The position numbers and the translations under genes were made by a program. Of a stretch of DNA of 64,000 nucleotides, positions 41,017-55,611 are shown piece after piece (the first letter of the stretch is position 1; each line of letters starts with the position of its first letter). Where the stretch lies: the NCBI RefSeq assembly GCF_009914755.1, contig NC_060940.1. The stretch is one strand, 5' to 3'. Source of the DNA: the human T2T-CHM13v2.0 reference genome, Homo sapiens. A model generated the notes under the pieces. The model ran no database searches. It was not told where the DNA came from and saw only the letters and a program-made list of their open reading frames with translations.

Positions 41017-41519
41017 CTGGAGGCTTGAGTCAAGCAACCAGCATGCAAGAGACAGACACGCACTGCACACGCATGCACAGGGACACACTGGTGCACCAGG
41101 GACAGGGCTGAGGGAAGACACTTAGGGATGATGGCAGGGAGAGAAGAGGGAGGCATGCCACAGCTGTGCCATCGACTGTCCATCGAGCCAGGGAAGCTTT
41201 GGGGCCTGACAGTCCTAAAACACTCAGCCAGATGGGACAGACATCTCTGTCTAGGTTGTTCCAGTCAAGGGTACCAGGAGTGGATGCTTTGAAGGGTGCA
41301 GGGGTTCATTCTGAACCGGAGAAATCCATTTCAGGCTGGAGCGCAACCCTGGGGACTCCAATAGGCGTCCCGTGGGTGGTAAATGCACCCCCACACCCTT
41401 CCCTGGCATCAGACACCCACAGGATGGTATTTTGGTGCATTTACTGATTTAAGTTGTGAAACTCTAGGGCCTACCCCATTTCTACCACCAGCTACGGGAC
41501 TCGGTGGGTGCAAGAGGAT

Positions 41520-41525
41520 CATGCA
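41520..41525 (-). promoter_or_regulatory. RBFOX-type TGCATG about 60 nt downstream of exon 5b (two more at 41042-41047 and 41072-41077)
   Basis: Plus-strand catgca = TGCATG on the pre-mRNA; function inferred. Confidence 0.5.
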
Positions 41526-41583
41526 GATCTAAGTTCACTCCGTGCCTCCCCTACACACCAGGAAAACACTCTCAGTTACTCAC

Positions 41584-41604
41584 GTAGGCAAAAGATGGGC
41601 CTTG
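41584..41604 (-). CDS. MYH11: MYH11 alternative microexon 5b (21 nt, SM-B loop-1 insert QGPSFAY)
   Basis: caaccacag|CAAGGCCCATCTTTTGCCTAC|gtgagt; phase 0/0; matches the known human SM-B 7-aa insert. Confidence 0.96.
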
Positions 41605-41891
41605 CTGTGGTTGAACAACACAGTATAAAACAAATGTCAGCGTTATTTCCATCACATGGACATCAGGGGCTGGAGAATATATGACTTTGATCCCCCCAAA
41701 CAGCCTGGAGTCTCCCAGACAGACTGGTCAGCTCCTTTTCCTTGATACTGTTTCTTTTCTCTCTGTTTAGCTGCAGGAATACGATCACAGCTCACTGCAG
41801 TCTCAACCTACTGGGCTCAGGCAATCCTCCTGCCTCAGCCTCCCAAGTAGCTAAGACTACAGGCATGCACACCAGGCCCAGCTAATTCTCT

Positions 41892-41928
<37 letters not shown>

Positions 41929-43527
41929 GTACAGACAGGGTCTCACTATGTCACCCAGGCTGGTCCTGAACTCCTGGGCTCAGACCATCCTCCCACCTTG
42001 GCCTCCCAAAACACAGATTACAGGCATGAGCCCCCATGCTCAGCCATTCCCTCCTTTTTCTAATTTCTTAGAGATCCAGACATTTCAAAGGTTTTCATAA
42101 TTACTGGGGCCACATTAGGCTCCTTAAAACAGTATCCAGTGAGACAATGTCTGAGATGTGTTTACGCATGCAGCCAAAACAAGCAGCACATAGTAGGCCC
42201 TTGATAACGATGAGTTGTTAGAAAGTATTATCTCCTGTGTTTACTCTTTAGGGAAAGGGAAGGCAGTGGAAACTGTGTTTAAACTGCCACACAGCCTCTG
42301 GGGCCATTGTTCCCACTCACTATGGCTGGAAACCAACTTGCCAGAGACAATTCTAGGATGCTGAATCTTGAGTTTCCTGCATTTGTTTGGAGAAGGAAAG
42401 TTCTCCAAAGCCACGACCAGCGCCCATCCTAGATCTCCAAGGGCCTCCAGACAAGCCGGCCATGGTGGCTGCCCCAGAGTCCCCTCTGAGGACGCAAAGT
42501 GACATCTGGAATGGCGAACACTGGAGACACCCCATGCCGTGGTCAGATCTCCATCCTACCATCTTCCCACCCACAAACCTGCAGACGGAGGCACCGGCCA
42601 GTCCTAGCGGCCCTACCACGTGCCCCCTCCTGTGGGATAGATGGGGCAGGGCTGACACACGAGGAGGAAGAGAAGGATGGGCCCTAGAGGTGATGACTCT
42701 AGAAACCTGCTCTTCTTTTCCTCCCAAGCTCTTAGTCATACCGTGTCATCATCTGTTTATTTGAGGGATTCTTTGACAACTACATGCTCTTCCACAGGTC
42801 TGGAAGCTCAGAGAAGAGAATAACAGCATCTCTCAGACTTATCCCCAGGTCCCCACCCCAAGTGGTTCCTGGCATACAGTAGGTGCTCAATCCACAGTTA
42901 CTGAATGGCATTGCACTGAAGCCCACGGGCCGAGTGATACCAGCATCTCCATCCCAGGGACAGGGGGACACGTGGAGGAATCCGGGAACCCAAAAGGTAC
43001 CTTAACCCCTGGGACGTTACAGAGATTCATGAAAGGAGTGCTTCTCAATCAAGGGCAACTGTCCCACCCCAGGGAACATCTGACAATGTCTAGAGATATT
43101 TTTGGTTGTCACAACTGGAGGGAAGGGGGCTGTCGGCATCTGGCGGGTCGAGGCCAGGGATGTTGTGAAACATTCTACGAGCCACAGGGAAGCCCCTCCA
43201 AGGAAGAGTTATCTGGTCCAAAATGACATCAGTGCCACCACTGAGAAGCCCCGACGTGGAGGAAGATCTCGCTATGGAAGGAAAGGGCTTATTCTCATTT
43301 CACAAAACGGGCCCCCTTCTGGAGGGATGCTTCTAGCTGAGCCAAGAAATCACCCACACTCAACAGGCCTGCTCGCCAAAAAGACGGTCCCTCTTTGAGT
43401 CTTCAGGGGAGGGGTAGTCAGATGGGGCCTGAGTTCTTGCAATGATGTTCTGTTTGTATCTCGGTTGGGCTGCAAGCTGGAGACCGGTTGGCTAAATCAT
43501 GGCCTCTGATTGGGAACTGCCACTCAC

Positions 43528-43630
43528 CGTGATACTTGTGTCTTTCTTGCCCTTGTGGGAGGAGGCCACCACGGCCAGGTACTGAATGACCTTCTTGGTG
43601 TTTTCGGTTTTCCCGGCTCCAGACTCGCCT
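43528..43630 (-). CDS. MYH11: MYH11 exon 5 (103 nt), P-loop [34 protein letters not shown]
   Basis: tctttcag|AGGCGAG...ATCACG|gtgagt; Walker A motif; ORF 43492..43707. Confidence 0.98.
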
Positions 43631-44140
43631 CTGAAAGACACGGGAACATCATCTATGCACACGTTCCATGGTGACCTTTCCGCAGTTCCATGAGCCAGGC
43701 AGGACAATAATGATCATCACCACCATTTCCCAGAGGGTGAAACAGAGGCTCCCAGAGGGGAAGTAACTTGCCCAAGGCCACATCTCTGGTAGTGAGCGGA
43801 ACTGGGTCCCCAGCCTAGGTCCAATGCCCAATCTATTCCTTCCAAGAGGACATAGAAAAGAATTCAGATACAAAGAGTGAAAAGGTGGGCCGGATGTGGT
43901 GGCTCATGCCTGTGATCCCAGCACTTGGGGAGGCTGAGGTGGGAGGATCATTTGAGCCCAGGAGTGTGAGACCAGCTCAGCAACACAGAGAGACACTGCC
44001 TCTAGAAAAAGATTTAAAAATTAGCCAGGCATGGTGGCACATGCCTGTAGTCCCAGCTATTTGGGAAGTTGAGGCAGGAGGATCACTCGAGTCCAGGAGT
44101 TCAAGACCAGCCTGAGCAACACAGCACAACCCTGACTCTA

Positions 44141-44578
<438 letters not shown>

Positions 44579-44975
44579 TAGCCAGGATGGTCTCGATCTC
44601 CTGACCTCGTGATCCGCCTGCAGACATCATTAGCATTGCTAGAAATGGAAAGACCAGGCACAAGGCAGCCTTCAAGAAAGGATGTAAGTGCCTCTGGAGT
44701 ACCAGGACCTAAAGTTTAAGAAGCTCCCTTATGGAAAGAAAAATTTACCAAAAAACCGGTTATCCCATTGGTCACTGGGCAGATGCAAGCCCCTTTATCC
44801 TCTGAGGAATCCCACCCCATGTATCAGGAAGCTAGCTGATGATCTCAGCCAAGTATCTAAGAATAAACCCAGTTGAAGTAATTCACACTAAAGTGTAAAT
44901 GACTGATATGTTTAGATCAGCACGACATGGTTTGTCGTATCAAAAAAGTATGTCCTCCTGGAATATGAAGGTAGA

Positions 44976-45024
<49 letters not shown>

Positions 45025-45718
45025 AGATGGCTTTCGTGCACTAGCTGCCTGTTTTGGCCACCAGAAATCATCACAATGGAACCGCTCCATCCAGATACTG
45101 CCTCTATGTTCCACCACTCCTAGTGAAAGATAAGGACAGTGCCTTGACCAAAACTTCACTTGTTTATCGTCTTCTTCTATTTTTCAGTTTACTTTTGTTT
45201 TTTGTGTTTCCTTTCTTTGCCTTATCTCTTTTATTTTCTGAGCTCACTTAATACTCTAAAATATAAGAGAGTTTTTTTTTTAAGTTGAAAAAAGAATTTG
45301 TTCACCCCGAGGTCAGCCCAAGGTTCTCTGTGCTGAACCAGTGCCACCAAAGCTAGTACAGTCTCTGCTCTTCTTCCTAATTAGGAAATAAAGAAATTAA
45401 TTTTCTCTGCCAAAGGCCCATTAATAACTTGGCTCATGGCTTAAAAAAGAAATAGAAGAAAAGAAAAAAGAAAGAGAAAGAAAAAAAAAGTGCCCCAAAT
45501 TGCTGTGCCTAATCCTACAGGTCCCACTGTCCAGAAATCAAGTGTCTGATGGCCAAGAATGATGAAACATCTTGCGGTGACTTTGTGTGGTCCCTTCCCT
45601 TCCTAGAGGCCTTCCTTCCCAATGGCCACATTATTTCACATGGCCTCAGAGGCAGTTTATGAAATGGGGACCATGAAGGCATTACCCCATTTCCCCAGAA
45701 GGGGAAACTAAGACCAGA

Positions 45719-45766
<48 letters not shown>

Positions 45767-46945
45767 GAGGAGAACTGGCCAGGTGCAGCAGAGAACTGGC
45801 CACGTTTATAATAGCAGCTACTCAGGAGGCTGAGTTGGGAGGATGCCTTGAGGCCAGGAGTTTGAGAGAAGCCTGGGCAACATAGCAAGATCCCATCTCT
45901 TAAGACAGAGAAGAATTGGCGTTTGTCATTGGGGGGATATAGGGGGAAGGGTCCCTTTGCTAAATGCTCTACATGAATTATTTCCTTTATCCTCTTCCTG
46001 CTTCCATGTTATTATAGAAGGAAGAGTCTTGCCCAGAGTGGGTAAGCAATTTTCCCTAGGTCACACAGCAAAGAAGGGATACAGTCAGAATGGAAAGTCA
46101 GGTCTCTGATTCTAATGCAGTCAGAATTCCTTTTACTACATTTCACCAAGTTGTTCCATGACACAGGCCCAACCCTCTAGGGACTTGCTTTCTAAGGCCA
46201 GAAGAAGGGCAGGGGAAGGGGAATTGATATTTGTTGAAGGCCTGCACAGTACTAGGCTTTGGGCTCACAGATCTTTTCATTTACTCTACCCAGCAATCTA
46301 ATGAGAGAGTTATTAATTATCCCCATCACCCATCCGGGGAAACTGAGGCAAAGAGAGGTTTGAAGTAAATTGCTCCAGCCCACAATTGCTCCTGCTTTCA
46401 CACAGATAGGAAATGGAGGAGAAGCAGGATTTGAACGTAGGTCCACTTGACACCAGGGCCCATGTTCTGCCTCCTACCCTTTTATTTTAACAAATCAGCA
46501 AAGAGAAAAGACAGAGTGAAGTCCCAGCCCCACTCCACTGGAATTCTGCCATACATTCCAGGAGGCTTTACTTGCCCCAATCAATGAACCAAGCCACTCA
46601 GTCATTCACACCTAAGTATGAATTACTTCAATCAGGCTAACGTCAGAACCTTGCTTGACTTCATTCTAAAGTGAAGGGGTTGGATTCTGATTAAAGCAAG
46701 AGAAAGGAGAGAAATTTTTGGATGTAGGAAACCACTTGCGTAGGTGGTCATGAACCTATTCAGATCCAAGACAAGAATCAGGACAGCAGTGTGCACAAAC
46801 AACATGTGTGGATCACACTCTTCATGCTGACAAACCAGTGCTCCTAGACTGCTGCTGCTCACTTCTCCTTTCCCACAATAGTTCCTTCCTTTCCACCCTG
46901 GCCTTGAACCTCTCTCACCTCCTCCCTTTTACAACAAAGACATCA

Positions 46946-47299
<354 letters not shown>

Positions 47300-50200
47300 C
47301 TATGGTCTCCCACTTTGCCTGGGATGGGGAGTGGGACATAAACTCTGGGCATCTACCCCTTCCCATGTTGCTGCTGGGCTCCACTGTTTCCAAGTTCTGT
47401 TGAGAAAAATAAATTGCCCTGGGAGGTTCTGCCAAAGAAAACATCCCAAGCTCCAGGCTCGTGGGCGTCTGAAGGTTGATGTGCTTAGAGCTGGTTCTAG
47501 AAACATTCATAGCTTGGCTTTTCTGACCCCTGACCTCTAGGGGTGAAGATGCCTTCCTGGTCTGAGCACCCTAAACTCCTTTCTTATTTCTTGGGGAATT
47601 TGGTACTGAGCTCCCTCTTCCCGGAGAAGGACCAGACTCATGACCACGTTATGGCCTCCTGGCCTTGTAACTACCCCAGTGCCAAGTCCTTTTAATCAGT
47701 CCAGCCCCAGCAGCTGGGAAGAACCACCCAATGGCCACTTAATCCCCCAGCCAGGCTGGCTTCATGAGTGTGACCTGTACCGTCTCACAGGGACCACCCT
47801 GTGCTTCATACTCTAATGTTGCCATCTGGAAATTCTTCCTAATTCTTTATAAACGCTCTGCATTTTTTTTCTTTTCTTTTTTTTTTTTTTTTTTTTGAGA
47901 CTGACTCTTGCTCTATTGCCCAGGCTGGAGTGCAGTGTGTGATGGCGGCTCACTGCAACCTCTACCTCCCAGGTTCAAGTGATTCTCCTGCCTCAACCTC
48001 CCAAGTAGCTGGAACTACAGGTGCCCGCCACTATGCCTGGGTAATTTTTATATTTTTAGTAGAGATGGGATTTCACCATGTTGGCGAGGCTGGCCTCGAA
48101 CTCCTGACCTCATGTGATCTGCCCGCCTCAGCCTCCCAAAGTGCTGGGATTCCAGGTGTGAGTCACTGCACTCAGCCAGCATTTTCATTTTGCAAAATTC
48201 TACAAATTCTGCAGCTGGTCCTGGCTCCCAGGGTCGAATATTGCCAAGTCCATTGCAGCCTGTGGTTTGCCACTGGTAGGAAAGCCAAATTGTCTCTGAT
48301 GAACCTCACAGCTATTCAGTCCCTGGTCTTTATGTGACTGGCAAAGCACCCTGGCATTTTGTACTGTACAACTCCTACACGTCCTGCAAAACCCCAGGCA
48401 GAAGCAACGCCTCTCTCCCCTATAGCATCAATTGGCAGAATAGCATAATGGGCTCCAGGACCAGGTTGCTCAAGTTCAAATCCCTCCTCTGCCAGTTACC
48501 TGGGTGACCTTAGGCAAGTCATTTAGCCTCTCCATACCTCAGTTTCTTTACCCCATTATAAAATGGGTATAATAAAAACACTTACCTTGTATGATTTTTT
48601 TTTTTTTTTTTTTTTGAGACAAGATCTCACTCTGTGGCCCAGGCTGGAGTGCAGTGATGCAATCATAGCTCACTGCAGCTGAGAATTCCTAGGCTCAAGT
48701 GATACTCCTGCCCCAATCTCCCAGGTAGCTGGGACTACAGGTGCACACCACCACAGCTGGCTGATTTTTAAATTTTCTGTAGAGACAGGGGTCTCGCTAT
48801 GTTGCTCAAGCTGGTCTCGAACTCCTGGTCTCAAGTGATCTCTAGCCTCAGCCTCCCAAAGTGCTGGGACTACAGGCATGAGCCACCATGCCTGACCTTT
48901 TATATGATTCTTATGAGGATTAAATGAGTGAACATTTATATAAAATGCTTAGAACAATGCCTGGTATGCCAAAATGTTAGTTATTATTACTTTTGTTTTT
49001 TGAGACAGAGTTTTGCTTCTTGCTCAGGCCAGAGTGCAGTGGCACAATCTTGACTCACTGCAATCTCGAACTCCTGGGTTCAAGTGACCCTCCCACCTCA
49101 GCCTCCTGAGTAGCTGGGATGACAGGCATGTGCCACTACACCTAGCTAATTTTTTGATTTTGTGGGGTCTCGCTAAGTTGCCCAGGATAGTCTTGAACTC
49201 CAGGCCTCAGGCAATCCTCCTGCCTCGGCCCCCTAAAGTGTTGGGATTACAGGTGTGAGCCACTGTGCCCACCTATTATTACTTTTATAACCACTGCTTC
49301 CACAGAAGTTATATATTGTTTGTATAATGATTTTCAGCATTCATCCTATCATTACAATATAAATAATATTCACATTTTCCCACTGTTTAAGCTAGGAGTT
49401 AGCAAACTCTTTTTGTAAAAGGTCAGACAGTAAATATTTTAGACTTTGAGGGTCACGCATTCTTTGTCACATCTGCTCAGCTCTCCACTGCAGCACAAAA
49501 GCAAATACGTAAACAAGTGGGTGCGGCTGTGTTTCAATAAAACTTTATCTGGAACAGACAGACAAGGGCCTGATTTGACCCACTGGTTAAACTTTGTCCT
49601 TCCTTGGCTTGAGTCCCTTAGCACGTTCTCATCCATTTCATTTATTTATTTTATTGTTATATATATTTTTTGAGATGGGGTCTCACTGTGTCACCCAGGC
49701 TGAAGTGCAGTGGTGCAGTCTTGGCTCAGTGCCAACTTTCTGCCTCCCAGGCTCAGTGAACCGAGATCCTCCTGCCTCATCCTCCTAAGTAGCTGGGACT
49801 ACAGGCACATGCCATCACGCTCAGCTAATTTTTGTTTTTGTAGAGAGGGGGTTTGGCCATGTTGGCCAGGCTGGTCTTGAACTCCTGAGCTCAAGCGATC
49901 AGCCTGCCTTGGCCTCCCGAAGTGCTAGGATTACAGGCATGAGCCACCATGCCCAGCCTGTCATCCATTTTAGACGAAAGTTTAAACTCCTCCCCAGGGC
50001 CTGGAAGCACCCCCTTACCTCTCTCTAATTTTATGTGAAACCACCCTCCTCCTCTTACTTTAGCCCCCTGATCACACAGCTCTATCTCCAGCCAGGCCCA
50101 TGGCCTCTAATTAAACTGATTATACTGGATGGATTACATGCTAGACAAAATACAACTCAGGCCTAAAAATTACATTTATTCAGCTTTCAGTTTCCTTCCT

Positions 50201-50486
50201 TTCTTGTCTTCCTTCCCTTCCTTTCCTTCCTTCCTGTCTCTGGGTCTTGCTCTGTTGCCCAGGCTGAGGTGCAGTGGTGCCATCATAGCTCACTTAGCCT
50301 CTAACTCCCAAGCTCAAGTGATCCTCCCTCCCCAACCTCCTGAGTAGCTGGGACTACAGGCATGCACCATCCCACCTAGCTAATTTTTAAATTTTTTGTA
50401 GTAATGGGGTCTTACTGTGTTCCTCAGTTTGGTCTCAAACTTCTGGCTTCCAGCCACCCTCCCGCCTCAGCCTCTCAAGGCCCTGA

Positions 50487-51184
<698 letters not shown>

Positions 51185-52374
51185 AACTGCATAACCAAAC
51201 AGTTGGCTCCAGCCTGGCTTCTCTTAAGCACCAACTACGCGTAAAAGCTCAGCCCTGCTGTCAACTTGTAGGTCCTTCAAGTCACTTTGGCTGAATTTCA
51301 CAACAAGCAAAATAAAATTGAATACAGAGACTGAAGATGTTGGTGGTTCTGGGCTGACTGGATGCATTTGCAAATAAAAGTCTGATCGTTTTGGGATTTC
51401 CTTCCTAACAATGGCTAAGGCCTCCTTCTCCAGCACTGGCTGTGTGTGGGCAGTGTGCCAAGTCCTTGCTAACGCTGCATTCCAGGAGATGGAGATACAC
51501 AATAGCCAAGTAAACAAATAATCAAGATAGTTCGTGGTGGAGATATCATTGCTACATCTGGGTGATGTGACTGAGAAGATCGAGGGGAAGGGAGGAGAGG
51601 GGAGGCTGTGGATGGGGAAGCCAGGGAGTTGCTGAGCCTTGAAAGTTACAAGAGAGCCCTGTGGGAAGGATGGAGGGAAGGGTGGGCCAGGCAGGGCAAA
51701 CAGTATGGACAGAGGTCCAAGGGAGGGAAATGCTGGGCCCAGGTATGAGACAGAATGGCTCCCAGCATGGCTGGAGGGCCACAACAGAGGAGGACAGCAG
51801 GAAGTGAAGAGGGAAGAGCAGATCACACTCAGTCTTCCAAGTCACAGTAAGGAATCTGAGTTTTATTCTCATGGGTGCAGGAAACCATTTCACGAGGGGA
51901 ACGGGACTTTAGAACCAGTGTGGGGAGAATCAGAACTGCAGGATGGGCTGGGCGAAGTGGCTCATGCCTGTAATCCCAGCACTTTGGGAGGCTGACTGAG
52001 GTGGGTGGATCACCTGAGATCAGGAGTTTGAGACCAGGCTGGCCAACATGGAGAAAACCCATCTCTATTAACAATACAAAAATTAGCTGGGCATGATGGC
52101 ATAATACTCGGGAAGCTGAGGCAGGAGAATTGCTTGAACCCAGGAGGCGGGGGTTGCAGTGAGCCAAGATCGCACCACTGCACTCCAGCCTGGGCAACAG
52201 AGTGAGACTCTGTCTCAACAAAAAAATCAACAACAACAACAAACTGCAGGATGGGCCAGGCTCAGCGGCTCATGCCTGTAATCCCAGCACTTGGGAGGCC
52301 GAGGCTCCCCGGGTCACCTGAGGTCAGGAGTTCGAGACCAGCCTGACCAACATGACAAAACCCTGTCTCTACTA

Positions 52375-52533
<159 letters not shown>

Positions 52534-54533
52534 TCAAAAACAAACAAACAAACAAACAAACAAACTGCAAGATGGATACTGGATTGCAGGAAGGATTTTT
52601 AAAAAATAGTGAGCACTTTCACTACAATAGCAGCTGATCCTTACAAAGTGCTCACCATGGGGCAGTGGCCTGTTTCTCAGTTCTTCACATGTAGTGACTC
52701 ATTTCATCCTTCCAACAACCCAATGGGGTGCTTATTGTTCCCATTTTACAGATGGGGAAACTGAGGCTCAGAGAAGTGAACTGACTTATTTCCTGGAGCA
52801 TACAACTAACTAGACGATGATGGGGCCAGAATTCAAACCCAAGGGGTTAGGTTCTGGAATCCACACTTTATGACAGCATGCTAATGAATATTTATTCAAT
52901 GAATAATGAGTGAATATTCTTATAATGTATATTTATTAAAGGAAGGAAGCAAGCAAGCAATGGGAGCAGGGAGCTTAAGAGACTGCTACAGAGGCCCTGG
53001 TGAGAGGTGACGGGACCCTGAACTAGGAAGAGGCGGTGGAGTCAGAGGAATGGACAGAGATGAGAAATATTTCAGCATCATACCGTCCAAGGCAGGAACC
53101 GCTATCTAAATTAACTAAAATCTTAAAAATTCAGTTCTGCAATATACTTGCCACTTTTTAAGAGCTCAATTAAGTGAACTTTTAAGTGAACTTTGTGCTC
53201 ATCACAAAGTTCTTTTGGATAGCACCGTTTTAGATGAAACAGCACCTGCTGATGGCATGGGTGCTGGAAATGAGAGCAGGGTGGCCTCTTCTTCATCTTC
53301 ACAGCCTCTCCATAAGCTCAGCTCAGAGAGGTCAAGTGACCCGTGCATAGCTACATAGCTAGGAAGCCATCTGAAAGTCCTACTCTTTCCTGCACCTCTC
53401 TGTTACCACACTTAATTCATTCACTCAACAGAGGGCAGTTGAGCTACACTATTTTGGTTCCTGGGGAGATGACATGTGGCTCACACATGGGTTTGGCTCC
53501 TAGGGGATCAAATGCCTCTGTGGCTAGCTGAAAAACAGCCCCCACAAGAATGTCCATGGCCTATCCTCAGAATCTGTGAATATGTTTGCTTGAGATGAGG
53601 AGACTGTCTTGGATCATCTAGGTGGGGCTAATATAACCACAAAGGTACTGGGCCTTATAAGAGAGAGGTAGGGGGACCAGAGAAAGAGATTTGAAGATAC
53701 CATGCTGCAGGATTTAAAGATGGAGGAAGAGACCATGAGCCAAGGAATGCAGGTGACCCCTAGAAGCCAGAAAACTAGGAAACCAAGTCGGCAGGTTGTT
53801 TTAGCATTTATATCCTCATAGCTAGGTAGCATTATATCTCTAGATCCAGACTATTCATTGTCAAACATCAAATGTGTACATCCTACCATGGAATATGAGA
53901 ATTCAGTTCCCATCTAATCCTCTTCCCTTTCCCCACAGAGCCAAGTCCATCACAGGGAGTTATTCTGGTTAGATAAATACTCCAAACTTGCACAGCTGGG
54001 CTCCTTAGTCCAATGTGATTACTTCTCCTTCCATCCCAACTTTTGTTTTTTCCTGGAGTTTATAATTGCCTTTGTTTTATTGTTTCCAGGTTTTCTATCT
54101 ATATCAACCCCAAACTTATTAATTGTTTCAATCTTCTCTCAATACAGTTCATTGCCATCCTACCATCCATCACCATCTGAAATTCTAATTACTAGTTTTT
54201 AATTGTCCTTCCAGATAATTTCATGCAAATAGGAAACATATGCACGTCCATGCAATCCTGCTCTTTTTAAAGACACACACGGTTACATTATGCATATGCT
54301 GGTTTGCCCCTGTGTTTTCCACTCAACGGTATTATCTATAAAGAGCGTTCTCTCTCAGCATAAATAGATCAGCCTCACTCTTTGTAGTGGCTACCTGGAA
54401 ATGCTATATTTTATTTAAATAACCTCTGTTGATTATAGCTTTAGTTGCTTCCAGACCTTCAAATATATATATATATAAATATAAATATATTAAATATAAT
54501 ACATATTATATATTATGTAAATATATATATGCA

Positions 54534-55035
54534 CAGTCTATCCTCATTATTTATATATTCTATATTTTCAAATTCACCGACCTGCTGAAAGTTATTTGTA
54601 ACCCCAAAATCAATATTCATGGCACTTTTGTAGTCATTTGTGAACATGTGCAGAGTAAGGAAAATTCGATTCCCCCAATGCACACGTTCCCAGCTCAGGT
54701 TGAACAGGGGAATGCTCTACCTTCTAGTTTCAACTCTCATACTGTAAACAAGTGTCCTTTCTGTAGTGTATTTAGTGCCACCTTTTTTTGTATTTTTGTG
54801 GCTTTTTGTTAGTTATTTTGCAGTTTAAAATGTCCCCTCAGATGTGCTCCCTTCGGCAGCACACATACAAAAATGTCCCCAGCATAGTGCTCAAGTGTTG
54901 GCTCATGTTTCCAAGCACAATAAAGTTGTGATACCCATTATGTAATAAATACACATCAGATAAACTTCATCCAGGCATCAGCCACAGAGCTGCTGGCTGT
55001 GAGTTCAATGTCAATGAATCAACAATATATATTAA
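54534..55035 (+). mobile_element. TcMar-Tigger DNA transposon fragment (MER82-like), host of the U6 fragment
   Basis: Recognised consensus segments tttgtaaccccaaaatcaata and gtgagttcaatgtcaatgaatcaacaatatatatt. Confidence 0.65.
54844..54874 (+). pseudogene. 3'-truncated (tailless) U6 snRNA retro-fragment
   Basis: GTGCTCCCTTCGGCAGCACACATACAAAAAT versus U6 5' end GTGCTCGCTTCGGCAGCACATATACTAAAAT (3 mismatches in 31); TSD aaaatgtcccc at 54827-54837 and 54870-54880. Confidence 0.85.
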
Positions 55036-55583
55036 TATATGTTACTTGCATATAAATACAATAGTGAAAACTCTCTCAATGATTCTAAAATTGAGTTACT
55101 ATCTTCTGCCTATGTACCTAGGTCTTCAAAGAAACAGTGATACCAATCACCAAATATGGCACTGATGTGTTTGTGGCTTGATAAATGTGAAATACTAAAG
55201 TGACAGTTTAACATCTTCCCTATCAACACAGATGGCTGTTATGCAATTAGATAAGATTCTGCATATAAAATCTTTAGTTCAAGTCCTGGCACAGAGTACA
55301 TGTTCAATAAATGCTAGTTTTTTAGAAGGAGGAGAGGTATGGAACCAAATGATAGCAGGTGTCATTAAGAGTTTAAGTTTGCCTGCCTCCGCAGAAGACC
55401 ATATATCACAAATGTTTAGTGAGCATCTACATGGTGCCAGGTATAAAGAGAGGCACTTGGAACCATGAACAAATCAAAGATCTCTGCACTCATGGATCTT
55501 TTCTTTCATAGGTTGGATCTCGACTACAGATTAAAAAAAAAAAAAAACAAAAAAAAAACAGAAGAAAAAGCAGTTCCACTTAC

Positions 55584-55611
55584 GTGCATAGAATGGACTG
55601 GTCCTCCCGAT
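55584..55611 (-). CDS. MYH11: MYH11 exon 4 (28 nt), (D)REDQSILC(T)
   Basis: Minus strand tttctgtttgcag|ATCGGGAGGACCAGTCCATTCTATGCAC|gtaagt; phase joins exon 5 (AC+A=Thr). Not in the ORF track. Confidence 0.95.
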
